64,000 nucleotides of DNA from Macrostomum lignano. Its lineage: Eukaryota. Both the position numbers and the translations under genes were made by a program. The notes below the pieces were generated by a model. The model was not told where the DNA came from. It searched no databases and was given only the letters and a program-made list of their open reading frames with translations. Below are positions 36,492 to 48,082 of this stretch, piece by piece; position 1 is the stretch's first letter, and every line of letters begins with the position of its first letter. The stretch covers positions 248,001 through 312,000 of the forward strand of contig NIVC01000890.1 of NCBI GenBank assembly GCA_002269645.1. Direction: 5' to 3'.

Positions 36492-37548
36492 TGAAGTACA
36501 GGCTGTTTTTCTCGGGGTGGCCTGGTAGGTCTTTGAATCCCACCGCTGCCACCAGTGAAGTACAATGGGGTTTCTTCTCGGTTTAAGGCCCTTGGGGATT
36601 ACCTTAAACCTCGAGCCTCTTCAGTGGGAAGTCCTTTCAGCGCGCAGTAGCGTAGGTAGTGCTGCCACCAGTTCCTTCAGGTCTCGGCCTTCGATGAGGT
36701 GAGCTTCCCGTCGGAACGAAATAAACAAGTCAACAAACTCAGCACAGCGTGCAGATTTGCAGATTAATGAACAAGGCGTCCTGATCAGCAGATCCCCGCC
36801 GGGCTCAGGGGTGACTGGGAAGGCAGTGTTAGCCTCCCTTAGGCTTGGGCTTTAGTGGGGTCTCAGTCAGACCAGTACAAACGGATTCAGTACGCAAAGG
36901 GCACTTAGTTAGACACTGACGCACACGGGTTCTTAGTGAATTCTCCGCAGATAAGAAGCCTTTCCTTGACGGAAACAAGGGGAGAGGGGTCCTATTTATA
37001 GCCGGGAAACACCCACGCACAAGACCTCATGACTTGTTCTATTTTTAGAACTGACGTCACTTGAGGTCTCGGGGCAGGGTCTCAGTGCGCGCAAGACCTC
37101 GTGACTCGTTCTATTTTTAGAACTGACGTCACTTAAGGTCTCCGGCCAGAGTACACGCGGCTGTGACTCAGTTGCTATTTTTAGCAACATGAGTCACTCC
37201 TCTCCTTAGAGAAGGGAGGGGTCCGAAAGCACGTGATTCTCCCGGTAAACAGGGCCAACGAGTGCAGTAAACATGTTTACTGCACTTTAGGACTCGAAGA
37301 ACGCAGAGTCTGTCATGTGACTTGCTCACATGACAGAGGAAAACGGGACAGGAACGAAACAGAGACAGCCCACAGCAGAGAAGCTGAGGGCTGAGAACAG
37401 AGACGCAGAAGGGCAGAACAGGCCAAGGGCAGCAACAGACGGGCCAAGGGGGCGGGAAGCTGACCAGCGGCAGACAGCAACCCAGGGCGAGGGCGAGGGA
37501 GACTGCTGACAAAGTGGGACGCCTAACACCAACTAGCGGATCACTACA
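36492..37548 (-). repeat. 5' LTR
   Basis: TATA-like CTATAAATAG at 36992-37001, a 72-bp direct repeat and an internal PBS copy. Confidence 0.95.
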
Positions 37549-38591
37549 TTTTCTTTTTTTAAATAAGTGTATAGGCCTATGCTTGTACAAATGTCTGATC
37601 TTAATTCTTAATGTAACAATTAACCAACCAATGTACTAGGACTAGCTATAGCTATATGAGCTAATAATTAACTATCAATAACTGTTAAAATATACTCATA
37701 AAAATAATATGCTTTTTTATATAAATTTCCTTGACTTTTCAATAATCAATAAGGCCCTAGACCTACTAAGTCCTAAGCCCTTAACTTTCATAAAATAAAT
37801 TGAAATAAATTTAAGTGTAGAGATATAACAAAGTCAGTGACAAAATCAATGCAAAAACAATAAATATGATGAGTTATGAGTATTAACTCTTGTTCATAAG
37901 TATATTATCTTTCAAACAAAATTAACTTATATTTTTAAAACCTGTCACCGAAAAGGCTGTCACTGAAACGTCTTGTCATCAAAATGTCCAGGGACCAGCA
38001 AAAAGTGTAAAAAATTGTACAAAGTGAGGCTGTTAAAGCAGTCAAAATTTAACAAAGTTAAATAGCCTAGTTATACTGCTCTTTTTCTTGGAAGATCCAA
38101 ACCAATTTTGATTTGTAATTTGATAATATGATGAAGAAAAGCAGGCTTACAAGTGGATGATCACTTTAATCAGTAAAATTCATTTTGAATATTCAGTCAG
38201 TTTTAACACACAAGTGTATCAGAAATTTTAAACATAAAATTGAGGTTAGAAATCTGATTCTAAAATAAAAGTTTCACTTTATAATCACTGTTGACTAATT
38301 TTTATAAGTTTGTTTCTTACAGTTTTGGCCTTTAGGCAAGCCGGGTGGGGGGTTAAAAGTGAATCTTTTCATGGAACATTTAGTGTGCACACTCGTGCTA
38401 TAGTTGATGGAAGCAAGCAAGAAAGCAAGCTAGACAAGAATCAGATAGTGTCATATAAAACCATGCTGATATGACAGATAGAAAGTGTTAAGGGATAAAT
38501 AATGTCATATATTACACTTTTTTCCCAAACCAAATACTGAAAATTATTTTAAGTCTTGAAGGCTAGGTTCCACTTTGGCACATGTTAATCT

Positions 38592-39045
38592 GGTCACTGG
38601 TCAGATCGTCATATTCCATTTCGTCATATCGGATGACGAAGTGACCAGAAACAAAGTAAGGCCTAGCTTGAAAAATAATATGACGAAATGACTAAATATT
38701 TAGTTATGCTGGATACTTTGTCATCAACCAATCAATCTGTGTGTGATTTGAGTTAGTGTAAACTATTTTTTGTTTAATAACTGAAAGCTGCGGCAAGCAG
38801 AACCAATCGATTGACAGGTTTTATCAATCGAGATGATAAAATGACTAGGATCATTAGGATTCCAAGTAAATATATTTAATTGCCACAATAATTCACTTGA
38901 AGTTGGAACTAATATGATTGGTGGATGACGAAATGACTCTCTTCAGATAGTGCATATTAATTAAGATGACGAAGTGACCATAGTCGAGGTGAGCACCCCA
39001 GACACCCAGATGACGAAATGGCAGATGATGAAATGACAAGGAACC
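38592..39045. mobile_element. Mutator-like MITE (454 bp)
   Basis: 8-bp direct repeat GTTAATCT at 38584-38591 and 39046-39053; GGT...ACC ends; CCATTTCGTCAT subterminal repeats; second copy at 19296-20017. Confidence 0.8.
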
Positions 39046-40942
39046 GTTAATCTTCAATTTGGCACATCCACTTTTTGCAAGTTTTGTTGTAAATCTTGAA
39101 AACCTTTGTAGAATTTCTGCGACAAAAGATAAGATCTGGCTCTATACTCTACACTTCTACCTAAAACAGTACTAGATTGTGCACAAAGCAACAAAATTTA
39201 AAAAAGTGAAAAGTGTTTTTTCTTTTAAATACATTTGTGTCAAGTAAATAGTTAAAAAATAGCCCCCCCCTTTATGCCATAGGCCTATTAAGTTTTAAAA
39301 TAGACCTAACACAAGTTTTTTAAGGCAAGTCTTCAGTGCCACATGACATTTTAAAAAAAAATCCTAAGCTATACTTTATAAGTAGGCCTAACTTTTTAGG
39401 TATTACTATTTGACTAATTTAGTAAAATAAAGGTAATCTTAGACTTAGGTGTATTTGCTATGCTACTTTGGCAAATAAATAAGATTAGGCACAATTAAAA
39501 GATAATTACTAAAAGGCCTACCTTTTAAAATCTTACTACTACAATTAGACTAGAGTCTCTATGGTAAAATTTAGACTAGATATTAAAGACTTTGACTTTA
39601 CCAGTTAACTAGTCTAATCTAAACTATTTTTTTCATAATATTTATAACATTCTTATTGTATTTGTAAATTAATCATAATAGTAATAGGGGCCTACTAATA
39701 GTATTCCTAGTAAGTAAAATTGTAGTATTCTACATTATGTCAATGATCTAGTCTAAATTTGTATTCTTATTTTAGCCTATCCTACCCTAGGCCTAGCCTT
39801 AGGCATTAGGCCTTATTTTTTATATTACTAAGGATCTAGGCAAAGGGTAGGCCATAGGGGTTTTACCCTATATTGGCTTTTTAGGGCCTAGTTATTACAA
39901 TAATAAGGACTCTAGTCTAGTAAGATTTTGAGAAAGTAAGCCTTTTTAGGTCCTAATTTTCACATTTATATAGAATTATATAGAACATAGATTCAAAGGC
40001 ATTGATTCTTAATCTCTTATAAACTCAAAGGATAAGATTGGAATTTGAAAAATTACATCCTCAAATTAAACATTAGATGCAATTTTGCATCTTAATGCCA
40101 GCAAAAAACCAAAAGCTATGTACTAGGAATGCTATATAATATCTTGACTTTCTATTTTGCATCCTAAAGTTATAAGTTGGATACAATTTAGTACTAATAA
40201 AAAACCTAGGTTTGAGTGCATTTCACTGGACAAGAAGTAAAGATATAGGCTTGTTAGTCAAAGGGTAATAAAAAATAAGGTCATATAATATATTAAACAT
40301 TATACACTTCCAGTCCATAGTTAGGATCATGGCATATTTGCCTTGGAATATATTAAGACCAAAAAACTTTTTGTCCTAATGCCCTAATTCACTTAAAACT
40401 CAGACTAAAAATCTACTCATTGCCCTGAAATAGTCCTAATGTCTATCCATTTAATTTAGTCATTTATTTAATCATTTTCATCTAGATCAAATCTTTTTTT
40501 CTTTTTTAATTTTTTCAATCTGATTTTTGTTGATATTTTGAATTTGTTTAATAGCGATGGGTACAATTGAGTAGTTAGGGACAATAAAGTATACTGATTT
40601 AATAATTCTTCAATAATGTTTGACCTATGCCAGTTTATTCTTTCTGTCATTGTCTTTATCATTCTCTCTGATGTCATGTACAATGGCAGATCCAAGGGTT
40701 CCCTGTCCACTAGGGGCCAATACTTTCCCCATATTTTTGCTTTGTTTTACAAAATTTACTAGCTAGCCATTAAAAAGTTAATAGAATACTCTAGGGTGAT
40801 AATTTCAGCCACACAAAAGTAGCCAAACCCTGTGAGATTATGGCACATTTAACCCAAACAAAACACTCAATATACCGAATCTACTGTTTTCAGTTCACTA
40901 TAGGGCGATTTCATAGCAAAGCAATTTTCAGTTTAGTCAGTC

Positions 40943-43289
40943 ATGACCAGTTCAGCCAGGCGGTCACTTCGAAGACAGCTGCAGCCGCCACACCAGCCAG
41001 TTGATGTCAGTCGGGATGCCACTACAGGTGCTGACCTGGACACCTGGCCGCCGTCCTCTATTGCTAGCAATAGCAGCAGCAGCAGTGGCAGCATCAGCCA
41101 TGCTGGTATAGACAGAGATCGCATTGCCGATGCTGTTGGCTTTCACATTGGCGACACTAACGGCGGCACTTTTGTGGATTTGGACAGCGATGACGAGTTT
41201 TTAACAGCGGGAGGAGTTGGAACTGCAGCTACTAGTGAATTTTTGAGGAGACATTGGCAGAGAGTTCCACAGCAGCAGCAGCAGCAGGCTCAGCTCAAGG
41301 AGCAGCAGCTCAGAGATCTGGCCAGATTGCAGAAACTCGAAATTCGTCGCTTAGAGTGCGCTCTTCAGGTGTGATTTAAATAATTAATGTTTTTATTCTA
41401 TTTGATGCTCTTTTACCGTGTGGCACTCGGGTCTGCTAGTTACCCCAAACCAAACCTTAATCTCAACCTAAGCTTCAACCAAAACCCCTGCCTTAACCCC
41501 AACCTAAACCCCAACCTTAGTCACAACCGAAACCCCAACCTTAACCACTACCTTTACCACAACCTGACCCCCAACCTTAGCCCCTACTTTAACCACAATC
41601 TACACCCCCAGCCTTAACCACTACCCAAATCCCAATCTTAACCCTAACCTAAACCTCAACCTAAACCCCAACTGAAACCCTAACCTAAACCCCAACCTAA
41701 ACCCCAACCTAAACCCTAACTGAAACCCCAACCTAATCCCCAACCTAACTACAACCTAAACCCCAAACTAAGCCTCAGCCTAAACCGCAACCTAACCTCA
41801 ACCGAACAACATATCGCAGGAGGCTACAAGTTCTAATTTCGAGTTGGCCACTATCCTTGCCAAACGGGAAGACGAATTGAAACGAGCCAGAAATGAGCTG
41901 CTGCTTCGAGAAGACTGGTGCAGACAGCTTGCCAAAGAGGCTGAGCAAGAGTCCGCCAGGTGCGGCCGCTTGCTGCGAAGGTGTCATCAACTGGAGGTGC
42001 ATTCATTGAACCGATTGTACAATAAGCCTTGGTAGTCCGTCATTAGCCCGACTCTACAATAGTGTGGCTAGTCCATCATTAGCCTGGCTAGTCCATCATT
42101 AGCCTGGCTAGTCCACTATTAGCCTGGCTAGTCCACTATTAGCCTGGCTAGTCCACTATTAGCCTAGCTAGTCCATCATTAGCCTGGCTAGTCCACTATT
42201 AGCCTAGCTAGTCCATCATTAGCCTGGCTAGTCCACTATTAGCCTAGCTAGTCCACTATTAGCCTGGCTAGTCCACTATTAGTCTGGCTAGTCCACTATT
42301 AGCCTGACTAGTCCACTATTAGCCTGGCTAGTCCATCATTAGCCTAGCTAGTCCACTATTAGCCTAGCTAGTCCACTATTAGCCTAGCTAGTCCATCATT
42401 AGCCTAGCTAGTCCACTATTAGCCTAGCTAGTCCATCATTAGCCTAGCTAGTCCACTATTAGCCTAGCTAGTCCATCATTAGCCTAGCTAGTCCACTATT
42501 TGCCTAGCTAGTCCATCATTAGCCTAGCTAGTCCACTATTAGCCTAGCTAGTCCACTATTAGCCTGGCTAGTGCACTATTAGCCTGGCTAGTCCACTATT
42601 AGCCTAGCTAGTCCATCATTAGCCTGGCTAGTCCATCATTAGCCTGGCTAGTACATCATTAGCTTATAGCCTTGCTAGTCCATCATTAGCCTTGATAGTC
42701 CATCATTAGCCTTGATAGTCCATCATTAGCCTTGCTAGTCCATAATTAGCCTGGCTAGTACATCATTAGCATGGCTAGTCCACCATTAGCCTGGCTAGTA
42801 CATCATAGCCTGGCTAGTCTATCATTAGCCTGGCTAGTCCATCATTAGCCTGGCTAGTCCATAATTAGCCCGATTACCTCAGTCCACAATACCACCCATA
42901 CGATCCCAATAACCCAGGACTCTCTGTCATCTCGCGGTGAACAATGGCATTTTGTGGTACAACCGCAGCATCAGCAGCATCAACAGCAGCAGCAGCAAGA
43001 GCCGCCGCCTCCGCCTCTGCCTCCTCGAAGATTTCCTTCGTCCTCCTGCTGTCACTCGGCCGGCAGTCAAACTCCGCCTACCCGATTGCGCAATCAGCAG
43101 CCGCAGCAGCAGCAACCGCAGCCCCAGCCAGCGTCAGTATCAAAATCCGCAAAGAAACTGTCGGCAGCCCGCCAGTTGCTAACCGGACGGTACAGTTTCA
43201 AGTTGAAGAAACGCCGCAGCAGTTTGTCCAATACGGCGGCTACCGCTACAGCTGCCGCTAACGTTTGGTGCTTAGAAAGCGAAGTTTAG
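40943..43289 (+). CDS. Uncharacterised coiled-coil, Q/P/S-rich protein, 3 exons, ~324 aa
   Basis: Phase-0 GT-AG exons 40943-41368, 41820-41996 and 42918-43289; heptad-like segment QQLRDLARLQKLEIRRLECALQEATSSNFELATILAKREDELKRARNELL. No family recognised. Confidence 0.6.
41440..41800. repeat. Degenerate telomere-like hexamer tract (AACCCT/AACCCC/AACCTA)
   Basis: 6-bp periodic C/A-rich tract in intron 1 of the coiled-coil gene. Confidence 0.75.
42035..42870. repeat. 20-bp minisatellite (AGCCT(G/A)GCTAGTCCA(CT/TC)ATT)n, ~40 copies
   Basis: Directly visible; fills intron 2 of the coiled-coil gene. Confidence 0.95.
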
Positions 43290-43762
43290 TAAACAGCTTT
43301 TAGCTTTCACAGGCTTTGTGTCGGATCTCGTTTGCGTTGCAGTTTCTGCGCGTCCTATGTCCCCAAGTTGTTTTATAGATTTGTTAATTCGTATAACATT
43401 TCTGCAATATATTGAGAAATCATTTTTTAACCCGGAAAGATTTGTTATTTATAGACTCTATATACGAATGCTTTGTGCTCTGCTTATTTGATCTTTGCAT
43501 TTTGTAGTTTGCTGCTCAACTGACAGATTTATACTATTTTAACCCAATTTTGCATTATATACTACTTAGAATGATTGTGAATGTGTTTTAGACTATATAT
43601 ACCTGCTAATATTCATTGCTTTGCTTAATAAGTGCATTTGTTGTAATAGCATTAATTTTATATTTTTAGGAATATTTTATTAATATACTCATAATAATAG
43701 CTTCGGTTAATTATATTACAACTTTATCCTTATATGCTTTTATTCCTTTGATTTTTGGGATA

Positions 43763-44420
43763 CTCAGTTGCTGGGCCAGCCTCCCAGATCCTCAGTTGCT
43801 GAGCCAGCCTCCCAGATCCTCAGTTGCTGGGCCAGCCTCCCAGATCCTCTGTTGCTGAGCCAGCCTCCCAGATCCTCAGTTGCTGAGCCAGCCTCCCAGA
43901 TCCTCAGTTGCTGGGCCAGCCTCCCAGATCCTCAGTTGCTGGGCCAGCCTCCCAGATCCTCAGTTGCTGGGCCAGCCTCTTAGATCCTCAGTTGCTGGGC
44001 CAGCCTCCCGGATCCTCAGTTGCTGGGCCAGCCTCTCAGATCCTCAGTTGCTGGGCCAGCCTCCCAGATCCTCAGTTGCTGGGCCAGCCTCCCAGATCCT
44101 CAGTTGCTGGGCCAGCCTCCCAGATCCTTAGTTGCTGGGCCAGCCTCCCAGATCCTCAGTTGCTGGGCCAGCCTCCCAGATCCTCAGTTGCTGGGCCAGC
44201 CCCCGGATTCTCAGTTGCTGGGCCAGCCTCTCAGATCCTCAGTTGCTGGGCCAGCCTCCCAGATCCTCAGTTGCGGGCCAGCCTCCCAGATCCTCAGTTG
44301 CTGGGCCAGCCTCCCAGATCCTCAGTTGCTGGGCCAGCCCCCGGATTCTCAGTTGCTGGGCCAGCCTCTCAGATCCTCAGTTGCTGGGCCAGCCTCCCAT
44401 ATCCTCAGTTGCTGGGCCAC
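43763..44420. repeat. 28-bp minisatellite (CTCAGTTGCTGGGCCAGCCTCCCAGATC)n, ~23 copies
   Basis: Reverse complement of the 7055-7618 unit; ends ~120 bp before the MSTO1 ATG. Confidence 0.95.
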
Positions 44421-44542
44421 CGTCACCCTTTTCTGTGGTATTTTGACAGACCGACCTGTCAAAAATCAGGTCCAATCAACACAGCTCGTCAATCAATCAT
44501 TTCCTGCGCTGACCCACCGTCTGTATTTCTCAGCGCAAAGGC

Positions 44543-47500
44543 ATGACTCAAGAATTAATAACGCTGCAGTTCGGGCCAATGGCCTGCTTCGTTGGCTCTC
44601 ATTTCTGGAACATCCAGGAGGCCTCGTTCCGCTATGCGGATTCCACGGGTGCCACCGCCGCCGCCTCCAACCCAGGCGCTGAGGCGGATCACGACGCTCT
44701 GTTTCGGGCTGGCGAAGACTCTCGGGGCCAGACAACTTATACACCCCGGGTGGTGCTGTGCGACCGCTGGTCCTCTCTGCCCACACCCACTGTTGATGAT
44801 AGTGCGTTTGTTGACTGATTGCCGCTTTTGCTCTGGTATCACGTGATGTCTGATCCTATCCTGTCTGATCCCATCCTGTCTGATCTCTGATCCCATCCTG
44901 TCTGATTCCATCTTATCTGACCCCATCCTGTCTGATCCCATCATGTCTGATCCCATTCTGTCTAATCCCATCATATCTAATCCCATCATATCTGAATCTG
45001 ATGCCATCCTGTCTGGTCCCAACATTTCAACTCCCGTCCTATCAACTCCCATTTTTTTAAATCCCCATCCTATTAAATCCTATATTTTCATATCCGCAGT
45101 CTTTCAAAGCCTATCCTTACCTAATCTAAATCTCACTTTATTACAAATTATGTCATGCCACCCACCAGTCGATGCCGTCGATCTCGATGGCGCTGCCGCC
45201 GGCGAAGCAGCTGCCGTATCGTCCCGCGGCCTCCCAGTCGAAGTGCATCCGGTGCAGCGCAATGGCAGCGAGCGACACCAATTCCAGAGACGCGCTTTCG
45301 CGGAAATCGGCACCGACGACCAGGGCGACGTTGGCGAGGAGATGCAGTATGCGGAGTCCAGCTTCCGGGCTTGGAACGACTGTCTGGGCACCCGGCTGCA
45401 TCCGCGCTCCCTGCTGCGCTTGTCGCCGCTGGTGGCCGAGGCTGTCGGACTTCAGCAGCAGCTGGAGGAGGACGTGGAATCGCGGCTGCGTCTGTTTGCC
45501 GAGGAGTGCGACCGGCTCCAGGTGAGGGTTCGCTGCGACGACACCTGCACTGCACCTGCTAGGGTTATCTGAGGTCACTTAGTGAGGTCACTAGTCAGTG
45601 CACCTCTGGGGTCATCTGATGTCATTCAATGAGGTCACTAGTCACTGCACCTCCCTGGGGGTCATCTGAGGTCATTCGGTGAGGTCACTAGTCACTGCAC
45701 CTCCCTGGGGTCATCTGAGGTTACTCAGTGAGTCTCTAGTCACTGCACCTCTGGGGTCATCTGAGGTCATTCGGTTAGGTCACTAGTCACTGCACCTCCC
45801 CGGGGGTCATCTGAGGTCATTCGGTGAGGTCACTAGTCACTGCACCTCCCTGGGGGTCATCTGAGGTTACTCAGTGAGTCTCTAGTCACTGCACCTCTGG
45901 GGTCATCTGAGGTCATTCGGTTAGGTCACTAGTCACTGCACCTCCCCGGGGGTCATCTGAGGTCATTCGGTGAGGTCACTAGTCACTGCATCTCTGCGGT
46001 CATCTGAGGTCATTCAATGAGGTCACTAGTCACAGCACCTCCCCGGGGTCATCTGAGGTCATTCAGTGAGGTCACTAGTTACTGCACCTCCCTGGGGGTC
46101 AAATTCATAAAATTATAACCGGTGAACCCCAGGTATCAGATTAACCTAACCAGCGAACCCATCTGAGGTCATTCAGTGAAGTCACTAGTCACTGCACCTT
46201 CGAGGGTCATTTGAGGTCATTCGGTGAGGTCACTGGTCGCTGCATTTCCGGGGGTCATCTTTCGGTGAGTTAAAGTTATTACTCCTCCGAGGTCATCCGA
46301 GATCAATCCTTTCGCGCTAACCGACTTGCACTCAAACTTAACCACCAGCCCCCAAACCCCCGCTCCGTGTCCCGCAGGGATTTCAGCTGCTATCTGACGC
46401 CCCGGATCCCACATTTGGCGGCAGCCTGACCAGCTGGGCGCTGGCCTACCTGGCTGAGGAATTTCCCAAGAAGGCCCGCCTGTTTCTGCCCTGCCTGCCT
46501 CATCCAGACTGGCTGTCCGTCGAGGCCTCCTGTAGGAAATCGCCGCCGGCTTATCGTTTGATCTCCTGGCTAACGCTGGTCCGCAGCGAATCTCTAGCCG
46601 GTCTGATCGCGCCTTTGTCTTCGCCAACGTCGCCGATACCAGAGCCCTGGCTTTCGGCTTCGCCATCGGCATCGTCGGCGCCGATGTCTCAGTACGCCGC
46701 AACAGCCGCCGTCGCTTCCTGGCTCGACACCGTCACGCTGCCGACTAGACTGCGCTTCGGCAATCAACCAGATCTTGGCGATGTGCAGCGTCTGCTGTGC
46801 CAGTCTGGCCGGCGCTTCTGCGGCTCGGCGGCTCGGCTGTACAGACCGGATGGCCAACCGCTTGATGCTGCTGCACTGTCGGCGCCGCCGCCTATTGGAC
46901 CGTTTGCAGCTGGCCCTGAGCATAGCAGTGTCGCTTGCTTGTCGGTTAGTTAGCGGCTCTCATTGAGTGTTTTCATTGGTTTCTACTAGTGCTGCACCGT
47001 ATGTCCTAATCCTCATTCTGTATCCCTTCTCTCCCTGAGACTCCTATCTACTCTCACCCTCTCTCAAACTCTTATCTACCCTCACCCTCCCTGAGAATGT
47101 TATCTACCCTCAAACTCTTGTCTACCCTCATCCTCTCTCTGAGACTCTCCTGTCTATCCTCACTCTCTCCCTGAGACTCTCCTGTCTACTCTCACTCTCT
47201 CCCTGAGACTCTCTGGTCTATTCTCACTCTCTCTCTGAGACTCTCCTGTCTACTCTCACTCTCTCCCTGAGACTCTCCTGTCTATTCTCACTCTCTCCCT
47301 GAGACTCTCTGGTCTATTCTCACTCTCTCTCTGAGACTCTCCTGTCTACTCTCACTCTCTCCCTGAGACTCTCCTGTCTATTCTCACTCTCTCCCTGAGA
47401 CTCCCTTCTCGCTCCATCATGTCTCCCTGACAGTCCAGCTGACGAACTAACCCTCTGCTAACCAACCTTAGGTTGGCCGCTGCCTTCCCAGCTCTCCACG

Positions 47501-47939
47501 TCAGCAGCCGGCAGAGTCCGCGGCCATTGTTGAACGCTGGCTAAGCGACGTTCGCGCACCGGGCGCCGGCCACCTGGCCCGGCACATCCACCTGATCTCG
47601 CCGCCGCTGACTGCGAAGCCTCCGTTTCCAACTGGCCTGCTTCTACCGCCCGATCCTGCTCTGGAGCCCGACGTTTCTGGTTCGAATCCTGCTGCAACAG
47701 CTAGCAGACTGCGCAGAAATGCCTATCCAAAGATCGGCTGCTGGGCTATGCTGGACAATTCCTCTGCAACTGCCGATAGCTTGGACAGTCTGACTGACGC
47801 TGTGGAATTTTCGGCCCGCAGTTCAGGTTCTGTTCGAAACTCGATTTCTCTGATTAATTTAGAGTTGGACGAGCTTAAAGAAGCGGTGGCCGCCGCCAGG
47901 GACATTGCTGATCAGTACCGGCCGGATAAAGCGCTGTAG
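44543..47939 (+). CDS. MSTO1: Misato / DML1 tubulin-like protein, 4 exons, ~548 aa
   Basis: Phase-consistent exons 44543-44801, 45169-45521, 46378-46944 and 47472-47939. Motifs ELITLQFG....VGSHFWN.QE, DHD.LFR.G, TYTPR, LHPRS, RLRLF.EECDRLQGFQ and LDTVTLP.RL. Confidence 0.9.
44845..45025. repeat. 15-bp repeat (CTGATCCCATCCTGT)n, MSTO1 intron 1
   Basis: ~10 degenerate copies. Confidence 0.85.
45562..46270. repeat. ~50-bp minisatellite rich in RGGTCA motifs, MSTO1 intron 2
   Basis: ~13 copies of GGGTCATCTGAGGTCATTCGGTGAGGTCACTAGTCACTGCACCTCCCTGG with a 3-unit higher-order pattern. Confidence 0.93.
47030..47405. repeat. 32-bp CT-rich minisatellite, MSTO1 intron 3
   Basis: (CTCACTCTCTCCCTGAGACTCTCCTGTCTA(C/T)T)n, ~8 regular copies. 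Confidence 0.9.
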
Positions 47940-48082
47940 ACTGGGGTCACTGGTGTGAACGGATGTTTATTTGTTTGATTGAAGTTTATTATGTTTAATT
48001 AGAAAGTAAGAATTTCTTCTAGACCCGCTAAGAATCGTCGCCGCTATCTAGACCCGCTAGATCAGTTTATATCAGGTCTAGA

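Larger units (their letters stand above)
28521..37548 (-). mobile_element. Full-length young Ty3/Gypsy LTR retrotransposon (9028 bp)
   Basis: Two 1057-bp TG...CA LTRs with 4 substitutions seen by eye; 4-bp TSD TTTT; PBS; PPT; gag with a CCHC knuckle; PR-RT-RNaseH-IN order. Confidence 0.97.
21992..37996. mobile_element. Split Mutator-like element whose two TIRs enclose both Gypsy elements
   Basis: Inverted ends GGTCCCTGGACA..TTTTG(G/A)TGACAAGACGTTT..GTGACAGCCTT..GGTGACA at 21992-22052 and 37941-37996. Flanks AGTAGAAAG and AGCAAAAAG match 7/9 with transitions only, as expected for an aged 9-bp TSD. Confidence 0.6.

Noticed and set aside
40468-40710. 80-aa minus-strand ORF
   Set aside because: AT-rich, no splice partners or motif recognised; compatible with chance or a TE scrap.
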